Shown piece by piece: positions 53,891-64,000 of a stretch of 64,000 bases of DNA. The DNA is from Octopus sinensis. Taxonomy: Eukaryota. A program made the translations under genes and the position numbers. The stretch covers positions 32,240,001-32,304,000 of the forward strand of contig NC_042999.1 in assembly GCF_006345805.1 (NCBI RefSeq), given 5' to 3'. A model generated the notes under the pieces. It made no database searches. It was not told where the DNA came from and saw only the letters and a program-made list of their open reading frames with translations. Within the stretch, counting starts at the first letter, position 1. Each line of letters starts with the position of its first letter.

Positions 53891-54484
53891 AATTATGGAG
53901 TGAATTCTTAGGGCTTATACATCCATTTCCCTATCATTCCTTAATGTCGGCTGGAGGGTATATCAGCCGAAACGTTGTCTTAACAACAACCAAGATGAGA
54001 ACAAATATCCGTCAAATGTAAATAACGTAAACAATGTACTATTTTTAAATCTCACAACGTGAGATATTCTGCAACGGTACTTTTCTGGTTTAAGAAGAAT
54101 GTTGTTCTAATTTAGACCCAAGACATATCGTCTCCAGCCCGCTATACGAGACGATCTGTGTCCTTATATTTTCGAACAAGAGAGTCTTGCACCCACACTC
54201 AGCTCATAACAATATATGTGTATCGCGATTTCCGGGCTTTTTCCTTTCGTTACTATCGCAACAGTGCGGATACTTATTGATCAGTTCACGTATGACATAG
54301 AAATTCACTTTTGCATAACTTCCTGTGTGTGTGTGTGCGCGCGCATGTGGGTGTGAGTACGTCCTCGCGTACGTGTACATGAGTGTCCATATGTGTGCGT
54401 GTATTTGTGAAATATTGTGTGCATGTATGCATGTTTTTGAATATGTCTCTATACCTATGTTTGCTCATATTTTACGTATAAATG

Positions 54485-54543
<59 letters not shown>

Positions 54544-54574
54544 TTAAACAAGGAGATGTGGAACACGAGTTGTG

Positions 54575-54883
54575 ATATATAAAAAGGAAATGAAGAAAAT
54601 GCTGAAAAAATAATTTAAGTAATTTAAGTAATTTAATTAGGTGAAGTTCTTTTTACCGGTTGCGCATTTGTTATGCTTATCAAAAAGAGAGATAGTGTTC
54701 CTTTCTGATATATTTTTCCTCTTATCTGGAGGAAAAAATCCTCATTAGAGGAAAAAATATATCAGAAAGGAACTCTATCTCTCTTTTTGATAAGCATTAC
54801 AAATGCGAAACCGGTAAAAAGAACTCCACCTAATTAAATTACTTAAATTACTTAAATTATTTTGTCAGCATTTTCTTCATTTC

Positions 54884-54894
<11 letters not shown>
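54575..54894. repeat. near-perfect foldback with ~148-bp arms and 24-nt loop, in (TA)n context (MITE-like)
   Basis: atatataaaaaggaaatgaagaaaatgctga...ctgatatatttttcctct versus agaggaaaaaatatatcag...cattttcttcatttccttttatat; a handful of mismatches. Confidence 0.92.
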
Positions 54895-54961
<67 letters not shown>

Positions 54962-54989
54962 CTGTGCATGTGTGTGTGTGTGTGTGTAA

Positions 54990-55282
54990 GGCGTAATGGC
55001 CCAGTGGTTAGGGCAGCGGATCGTGGTCTTAGGATCGCGGTTTCGATTCGCAGACCGGGCTTTGTGAGTGTTTATTGAGCAAAAACACCTAAAGCTCCAC
55101 GAGGCTCCGGAAGTGGGTGGTGGCGATACCTGCTGTACTCTTTCGCCACAACTTTCTCTCTTTCTTCTGTTGGACTGCTCGCTTAGCCGGCGGGGTCGCT
55201 TGATTTCAAGGCTAAAACTATGCGAAGCGCATTGTGACCATCGATGTGTAGCTACATCTGATAGCCTGGTCGGTCACGGCGA
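54990..55282 (+). mobile_element. tRNA-derived SINE (family C)
   Basis: GGCGTAATGGCCCAGTGGTTAGGGCAGCGG..CGCGGTTTCGATTC head, unique body, ends in (TA)/(TATG) repeats. Confidence 0.85.
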
Positions 55283-55462
55283 TATATATGTATGTATGTA
55301 TGTATATGTATATATACGCACACATATATATACACATACATATACATATATATGTGTATATGTATATATACGCACACATATATATACACATACATATACA
55401 TATATATGTGTATATATATATATATACATATAAATATATACATATATATGTATATATATGTG

Positions 55463-55500
<38 letters not shown>

Positions 55501-55528
55501 TATAAATATATACATATATAAGTATATG

Positions 55529-55567
<39 letters not shown>

Positions 55568-55953
55568 TCAATATAGGGTGGCAAAAAAAATTTTGTAGAA
55601 TTTTTTTGCCACCAGCGGCCTAGTGGGAAAAAAATTAAATAGTCATAGACCATTTTTAAGTTCAACATCAACAATCAAGGAACGGCCATAATAGGCCATT
55701 CACCCACTAGAAATAACAGCCAAAGCTTCAACCGCAAGTAAAAGTCAATTCCGTAAACAGGAGAAAATTTAAAAAACATTTACCCTGTAATTTCTTATAC
55801 GATGCACCGTTTCGTCTACTGTTTAATGGTAAACTAACCCGATTAAATTAAATCAAGCCAGTCTTCCATAGGCCCTCAGATTCTTCAGTAAGAAATAGCC
55901 ACAAGTCGGAACATATATTTTCACGATATATACACTTTCATTTATTTTGAAAG

Positions 55954-55998
55954 ATCTCCTGGACGTGAAGACGTACGTTGAAAGAAATATTGTTTTGG
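55954..55998 (+). CDS. candidate 45-nt exon (LLDVKTYVERNIVL), phase 1-1
   Basis: ttcatttattttgaaag acceptor, TGG|gtgggt donor; phase-compatible with 58144. Confidence 0.22.
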
Positions 55999-56181
55999 GT
56001 GGGTCTTCACTCCGATAATAAAGACACATATACTGGTACAATATCACCTATTTATTGTTAGAAAATCGGTTAAGTATGTAACCCACAAATTATCTGATTA
56101 ATTTTTGTTGGCTAAATATTCATAATTGTTTTTATTTCCTCTCTATTCGCGATGCCTGCACGTATTCCTCTGTGTGTGTGT

Positions 56182-56214
<33 letters not shown>

Positions 56215-56904
56215 AGACTTCTCGTTTGCTTACAAAGACAACATGTGAGAATAAACGAAGATTATGTGTGACTGTGCATAGTCGCACTTCCTTATGGGTT
56301 TCTGGAATAGAGTGATGCCGACAACAATTGTTTCTTTAATTAGACATAATCTGTTGCAGCTTCTTTAATTTCATCTATCTAATGAATATTTTATTACCGG
56401 TGATTTCACTGTCTAGTTTTATAGTGATACTACCCATAATACTTCTGGTTACTTAATTTGAAGTCATTTTATTGGAACGGAATTCGTTTGCATTTTATTA
56501 GACTTTCAATTTTATTAGATTTTATTGGATTTATTAGGTTTTGAATTCGTTGTATAAACGTATCATCATGCTCTTCAGTACGGAAGTATGTTTATATGGA
56601 GTTGGAACGTAGATATCTCACGAATAGTTTTACCACGATTATTTTAACCGAACTTCTCAATATGAAATTCAATTCTCATCCAGACTACTACATATGCATA
56701 GAATTTCATTCTTATCTGTATATACACAGCGTTCCTTTTAATTTCCTATGACCACTTAGGCCTCTAAACATCTTTCTCTGTGTGTAGATATGTGTGTGTG
56801 TGTGAGTGTGTGCATATGTGAGTGTGTCTGTGTGTTTATTTATGTTTATATGTACATATGAACATGCCTAAGCATACATACACATAATCAATGACAGACA
56901 CATA

Positions 56905-57422
56905 CACATAGACAGGGAGACAGAAAGAGAGAAAGAGAAAGAATGAAAGAAAGAAAGAAAGAGAGAAAATGAGAGGAGAGGAAGTGAGAGAATGAGAAAC
57001 AGAGAGAGGGAAAATAGAGAGAGAAAGAGAAAGAATGAGAAAGAGAGTGAGAAGGACAGAAAGTGGCAGAAAAATATAGAAGGAAGGAAGGGAAGAAGGA
57101 AGGGAAAAGGAAAGAGTGAAAAAAGAAGGAAGGAAGGAAGGAAGGAAGGAAAAGGAAGGTAAGTAGGAAAGAATGAAAGAAAAAAGGAATGGAATAAGAA
57201 AGCAAAGGAGGAAGGATAGAAAGAGAGAAAGAAGGAAGGAGAGGTGGGAAAGAAGCAAAGAAAGAAAGAAGGAAAGAAAAAGAGGACGGAAATATAGAAG
57301 GAAAGAAGGAAAGAAAGAAGGACAGAAAGATAGAAGGAAAGAAGGAAAGTGAGAAGGAAAGAAGAAGGAAAGATGGAAGGAAAGAAGTAAGGAAAGAAGG
57401 AATGAAAGAAAGAAGAAAAGAC
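56905..57422. repeat. ~520-bp almost pure polypurine tract (GAAA/GGAA/GA mosaic)
   Basis: direct reading. Confidence 0.9.
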
Positions 57423-57888
57423 TGATGCACTTTTTAATTAAAGGTATAGAAATTTTCTTGAAATTACGGATGTTTTACCTCAGTGAATGAATCTGCCGAG
57501 AAAAATAGAATTTAACTAAAACCATTTAATAGGAACGAATCTTCATTGATAAGAATGAAGCAAAACGTAGCTACAAATAAATCCAAATTCTACAGAAATT
57601 TTTTTAAAATGTCGGATAATATTTTGTTGGGAATTACGGTGTTGACGGACTTAATTGATACCAGAGTAAAACACAATAATGATTATTACAACATTAGCAC
57701 TGAACGTTTCTTTTTTTTGTAATTCTATTTTAAATTTTGTATAATTACAAACACTCGGTAGTCAATCTCATAAGAAGGGTCGATTTTATGAATGTATTCA
57801 AATAAATATATTAAAATGCATGACGAAATTATGCAGTGTATAATTGTATTTTATATATAATTAGAATGATATATATATATATTTATTT

Positions 57889-57917
57889 ATTTATTCTTAA
57901 TATTGAATGATACTTCT

Positions 57918-57953
<36 letters not shown>

Positions 57954-57982
57954 AGAAGTATCAGTCAATATTAAAAATAAAT
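57889..57982. repeat. 94-bp palindrome centred on ~(TA)15
   Basis: atttattcttaatattgaatgatacttctcaa-(TA)n-ttgagaagtatcagtcaatattaaaaataaat; 2 mismatches in 32 bp. Confidence 0.9.
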
Positions 57983-58143
57983 TATCGTTAAAGGTTCAAT
58001 ATACAAATTAAAACAAGTAATTATATATTATTAATTGAATTACAAAATACATCTTCATAGGATTTGTTGTGAAATGTATTTTAATTCATTAATTAATTCG
58101 TGGAATTGCCTATTTTCCGTCACTTTCTTTACGTTCTATACAG

Positions 58144-58203
58144 TTATTGGATTCGATGCTACTGGCGATCCTCCTAATTTATTCGCATTTATAGACATTT
58201 CCG
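58144..58203 (+). CDS. best candidate internal exon, 60 nt, phase 1-1 (IGFDATGDPPNLFAFIDIS)
   Basis: pyrimidine-rich acceptor cactttctttacgttctatacag, donor CCG|gtaagc, the other two frames contain stops. Confidence 0.4.
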
Positions 58204-59752
58204 GTAAGCATAGCGTGAGAATATCGGTTTCAATGTGAAATTATATGGTATCAGCTTGAAAAAAATGTAAACACGAACACAAATCAATAAATGTCTGCCA
58301 GAAGAATGATGGGAATTGTAACTCTTTGAGGGTTGCTTACAAATTTTACAAATGATTTTAGTACTGGGATTTTTTTTTTTTTTTGTGAAATAGATAAACA
58401 CTCTGCTCTTTGTATATCTTGTAATGTACTAATGAACAAATGCTTTAAGTTGTGTCATATTTACACAGTGTAGCGAGGCAGAAATAACACACAACTTCTG
58501 ATATTGTGTGCATAAATTTGTTTGTTAGATATTGAGAAACAAAGCATTGCAGAGCCTTAATATTGAAAGCCATATCAAACTCAAACTAAATATATAGAAA
58601 TTAATACTAATTATAAAGTGATCGCTGCATTTATCGATTGAAATATTCATAGGAAATATTCATTACTTAAAATGCTCCTTTTATTTGCATAACATCCAGA
58701 ACGGTTGCGAGGATAAGAGATATGTTTATTTGCAAAGGTGTGGTTTTATTATAGAAGATTTGGACATAGTTACTATAAATGAATATAGATTAAACAGAAT
58801 ACTGTCAGGTCATACTACAGATGTGAAGATAAACAGTGACTTCAATTACAGATATGCGAAATAAGTACAATGTACACAACAATATTATTTGTATATTCTG
58901 TCAAAAGTTGGGTTGCTATATTTTCTTGAAGCTAAAGGGAAGATACAAAATCTTACACTAACTGAAATTTTGTAGTGTAACAGAATTGATGATGCACCGT
59001 CGATATGGTGGCGCAACGAAAATAAATATCATAGAATGTAGCAGGCAGATGTTCAGTAGTGTTAAACACAAAGATAGCTAGTTAATTCGATATTCAAATT
59101 TTTGACACACACGTGACTGTAAATTAGCGATTCTGCCGCTATCAATAATTAGAATCTAATACAATGGTGATATACTAAAATGAATATTTGGAAATAGCAT
59201 GGGATGAACATTCGTATAGTTCATATATTTCATATCTTACGAAAAAAAGCTATATAGACTTCCTCTTCACAAAGATTTATGTTACAATCAAATGAACGTG
59301 AAATATCAATGCTCATAGAACGCAATATTTTCGATTATACGCAAGGGTGGCGTGAAAAAAATATCTAATATATTTTCAACACTCTTAACTGACGGCATTT
59401 CGCCATCACGGAATACCATGGGAGGATGAAGGATGCTCGTGTGACGGCAATTGATAAGAATACGTTCTAAGCAGGAATGTGTATTTTGTAATAGCCCAAA
59501 AAACCAAAAAGAAGAACAAAGCGCATATAAAATGTAGTGTAATTCGACGTTCGGGAGAAAATATGGTTAGCAATCATTCATAGCAGAAAGAGAAATATTA
59601 ATACGGCCTGAAAATATGTTGATAACCCATGAATAGATTCCCAAGGAAAGGTTTTGTTTAATGATAAGTGACTATATGCGAATATATATAGTCGTATATA
59701 TATGTGTGTGTGTGTGTGCGTGTGTCTGTGTGTATATCTGTGTACAATATAT

Positions 59753-59826
<74 letters not shown>

Positions 59827-60288
59827 CATACATATATGTATAAATGCGTGTGTATTCACACCAATGTATGTATTTGCATGTATACATACTCACCTATACA
59901 TGTATGTTTGTATGTAAGTGTGTGAGTCTGTGTGCGCGCGCAAATCGGTACATGGATATCTGAAAGCTTTATATGCATTACACACAAAAAGAAGGTTAAT
60001 GGGAAGCACACAGATATATTTTAAAAAAAACAAAAATAGAAACCTGAAGGAAAAGACGTGGAGTTACAAGGTTGTCATAATATATTTCATTACGTAAAAT
60101 AATACATAATCTCTTTAATGAGTATCAATATTTCCATTGATCTTTTAAAAATTCTAAACTTTTGATGATTCATACATCGATTGCCAATCATCTGAGAACG
60201 AGTAATGGTCATGTTATTTCAAATTGTATTAACCACATCAAGAACATATTCCCTATTCAAACTTACAAAGAAATAGAAATTTGTGTAG

Positions 60289-60488
60289 ATATATGCGATA
60301 ACGAAGGCAAGTTATTAATACGTGAGAGAGGTGAAGTAAAAGAAGTAAAAATTTGCAACTGTGCTACGCATCTTTATCAAAACTTCTGGTACCTTTTGCA
60401 AACATCATCTGCCTCTATGTATAGCCTTGTTACCAGCAAGAAATACGCTCGAGGCATGTTTGAAGACATAAGAAAGTCAATCAATGTA
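60289..60488 (+). CDS. candidate exon within the 122-aa non-repetitive ORF (ICDNEGKLLIRERGEVKEVKICNCATHLYQNFW...RKSINV)
   Basis: long AT-rich ORF 60162-60530, phase-1 acceptors at 60271 or 60289, GTA|gtatgt donor. Confidence 0.28.
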
Positions 60489-60762
60489 GTATGTCTTGGA
60501 GAAAAATTGTACGTATATATATATATATAAATATTTATATAATTTTTACACGTCTTGTATATAATATTAATAGTATTTTTATAACCTTAAAGCTTATAGC
60601 GATCGCCGCGCATTAACGAAAGAAGTCTAATAATGGGGCATATAAGAATAAGTTTTCCGTACGCGTGGGAATCGAACTGACACCTCTTTGTTTATGCGAA
60701 CATATATATATATACATATATATATGTATATATGAATGTATATGTATATCTGTATGTATGTA

Positions 60763-60806
<44 letters not shown>

Positions 60807-63629
60807 TATATGTATATATATATATAATATATATATATATATATACAGATATATATATATGTGTGTGTGTATGTGTGTGTGTGTGTGTGTATACATTTCC
60901 GTATATATGATAGTTTGTTATCTGATGTGTATAGGACACATAATTATATATACAACACATTTATATACACACACTCATATATATTTACGCTTTTATTGAA
61001 CAACATCGCTTCTATATTTGGTATTGGCTTTCCGCTATTAAATTCCTTATCATGATGTAATATCTTCTATGTCATTATTCTGACTTTCACTGCAATATCT
61101 AATTCTCACTTATAAGTGCTGCTATTGAAGATTTTATACTTACATTGATTGAGATGATTTAGATGGCTGTTTCTTACCCTTGTTGATTGTGTTACACTTA
61201 ACTTTGTATTGTTTTTAAGATATTGTTGTTGTAATCAATATTTTCAATAGTAAATTTACTGTTTTGTTTCCATGAATTAAACATTAACGTATTAGTATAT
61301 TAAACGAAGTTAACCGAGATTCTACTATATATTTATGGACAGTATTTTTTTTTTCAAACAGTCTTTCAAACATTTCAGCGTGGTCAAGAAGTGAGAGTTA
61401 TTTGATAGCCATATTTCGTATTTGACGTTGTGAAGATAGAAATTAGTGGTTTCAGGTTAGTGTGTTTCGTTATATTGTTAGATCATTTAATCTGTGAGTC
61501 TATGAAGAGCAATAACAGGATCAGACGAAGATTTTCAAAAGTTTCTATCGTATGTGTGTGTGTGTGTGTTTTACAGAGATCTTGCATAGGAAGTGTTTTG
61601 ATCTCAGATCGTCTGCGGAAATTAAAGCGTGAAACATATGTTAGCCCTTAAACTTAACTAAAATATTTATTTGTAAAATGGTGGCAACATTTTTGTCACT
61701 CGAAAGTTTGACTTGTTCACTGAGAAATAATTTTCCTCGATTTGAATATTATTTTAAAACAACCTGATATATACCTCTTGTGATATTAATTTTGATGTTT
61801 TTTTGGCTCGCTTTTTGTCTTATGTGTTAATCGATTTAATTGAGTGTGCATAGGTAGTCAGTTATCAGTTAGTTTTCGTTTCAGCCGTCTTTCTTTATTA
61901 TTTATCTTTATGATCTCCAACTTTGGAACCTGTTTTTCGAAACAACAGCAGAATATACCTATATTTCCATATCATCCAGGAAACGAACAAGATATTGACT
62001 TAAAAGTGTTACGAGAGTGTCCAGTATAAATTTCAGAGGGCTCCACGGAAGTTGTGTGACATATCCGGTATTTAAATCACCATCACCGTTATAGATAATG
62101 GATTAAAAAATACATTGATGTAGGAAGGCATTGAAGATGTTATTATTCCAGCACACAATATAGGTGCTCCTTACAAGATTTTTTGACAATTTACGCCTGG
62201 TTAATATTCAGTTCATATAAATGTTAAGATATTTTTGATCGCTTTGACTACATAAATTTATACAGCAACACCCGTTCTCTCACTCTTTTTACGTCACCAC
62301 TTGCCTCTCGCCAGCGAATCGAATGTTGGCAACAAATCTATTCGACGACACCATACATTTACGCACACATCACTCAAATAAATACAACTATACACGCACA
62401 CATAGATATTAAAACACATACACACTTGCCAACTTCGCACTCTCTTGTTCCCCCCAAAAACGCTTTCTCTCTCTCTCTCTACCCACTTCCGGTCATTTCA
62501 GCCATGTAACCACACACATTCTTTCCCTGGATTTTTTTAGTTTCCTGGACTTTTCATTTCTCCTCTGTCCAACGAATAGCATTGCTCGAAAGGTAAAAAT
62601 ACACACACTTTATTCCACCTCTAATGTGCGTCAAGGTAATACGTTCCAACGTTCCACATGCTCAACCTCTTATTGTTTTATGATTTTTTTTAATGTTCGA
62701 TGGTTAAAGTTCAACATTTAATATTAGCTTTGACTACATACTCACTCGTGCGTTTACATATTGTTTAATATACACAGTATATAATTATGAGCTACTACTT
62801 ATAGCTCATAACTATATACAGGTTGAAAAGGGAGAAAAGGAAGAAATTAAGAATAAAACAAATTTGCGTCCCCTTTCTAAGTTGAAATCATCATTCGTCT
62901 ACCTAGTTTAGAATTATCCAGCATCCAGCAGGCTCAATATTACGAGACATCTGCTCAGTCCAGCGAGAGTCCACCAGTTCGACAACAGACATTCGCCCAC
63001 GTGCATACATGTGCCACAAACATCGGATCTGGGATTACGGAGTGCGGTGGTATTCTTGAATCTAAAAAAGATTGTGCGTTATTCCAGTTACACATAGCTT
63101 ACATCTCTTTTCATTCATTTACTTACTGCGAAGATTTCTGAACGATGCTCCACTTGATTATAAGTCGTGTGTAATTGATCTTCAACGATCATAAAATGAT
63201 AGACAGCTTATTGGTTTTAGTTTCGTTGATGTGTCGGCAATAAGACTGACGGTTTTCGTATCTTGTTTTAAATTTTTCCTTCACATAAACCGACGTAATT
63301 TCTCTTTTCGATTACATTATTATGGAGCACTGCTCTGATTTGGTATTCATAACTGACTGATTTCATTAAACAAGATTGATTAAGATGAGTATGTTACAAA
63401 GCCTCAACAGTTGTACCTAGTAGAGGACCCTTGGGATGGCTTGCTAGTGACCGGTATTAGAAGCTCATATTGAAATACTGTGTGTCTTACAGAATGTATG
63501 TATATGTACGTGTGTACGTTGTAGCCTGTTCTGAACATATTAACTGCATTCACTCTACGTGTGATGTTTTAAGTCTGACTTGTGTTTTAGCTTTTAGATT
63601 AACATTTATTAACATGCTTGTCACCAGTA

Positions 63630-64000
63630 ATCTAAATATGGTAGTGGAGTGATGGATGCTGACAGAAAGATCGAGAAAGGCTAAGGAAGTATCGGAAACA
63701 GTGCAGGAGAAATGGAAGGCAAGATGGAAAGATTTAACAAAGTATACAAAGGTGCCTAGTTGCTCGCTATAGCTTGGGAGTGGAACCAATGAAACTTTAG
63801 AATATATGGGCCTCAACGTAGCCAACGAAGAGTTTCGCACTGTTAGAGACCATTAACGTTTCCATGGCCACTCCTGAGACATTCTGGTCTAAATCGCCCG
63901 CGAACAAGAAGCAGTTAAAGGCGAGGACTAGTTCGGCCAGACGAAGAAGTGCTGATGTGTCAGATTGGGGGTTATGTCAAAGAAGTCTTGTAGTGCACAA
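63630..64000 (-). mobile_element. Penelope-like RT fragment, runs off the window end
   Basis: DTSALLRLAELVLAFNCF.FAG..Q.VSGVAM.T...NSAKLFVGYVEA.IF; FVKSFH.A..FSCTVSDTSLAFLDLSVSI. Confidence 0.8.

Larger units (their letters stand above)
53380..54030 (-). mobile_element. solo PLE terminal module with an inverted partial copy (53940-54030)
   Basis: same order as 44710-44990 (aattcactccataatt, tRNA-like head, (AAT)n, hammerhead, tail); 53385-53445 is the reverse complement of ~53950-54020. Confidence 0.8.

Noticed and set aside
54990-55062. tRNA gene
   Set aside because: No proper acceptor stem or T-run terminator; continues into a SINE body. The same applies to the other tRNA-like heads
62910-63150. 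GC-richer segment open in several frames
   Set aside because: Could be an exon or a decayed mariner N-terminus; cannot discriminate by eye

Overview
AT-rich eukaryotic non-coding DNA (intronic or intergenic), dense in (TA)n/(CA)n/(TATG)n microsatellites. Repeat content and SINE types resemble an octopod cephalopod genome; this is an inference, no database search was run. No intact gene, rRNA, true tRNA or CRISPR array is supportable. Most listed ORFs are microsatellite artefacts or antisense to decayed transposons. Recognisable content: two R4/Dong-type (restriction-like endonuclease) LINE remnants, a CR1/L2 3' remnant, several Penelope-like element (PLE) remnants, three mariner remnants (one TIR-to-TIR with a SINE inserted), and at least three tRNA-derived SINE families. 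Most interesting: (i) a PLE terminal module, seen twice, joining a tRNA-like A/B-box head, an (AAT)n tract and a hammerhead ribozyme motif; (ii) a second intact-looking hammerhead at 1729-1771; (iii) an in-frame fusion of two different GIY-YIG domains; (iv) five long inverted repeats. Candidate short exons exist on both strands, but none could be assigned to a known gene. Coordinates of decayed elements are approximate and identities were judged by eye.
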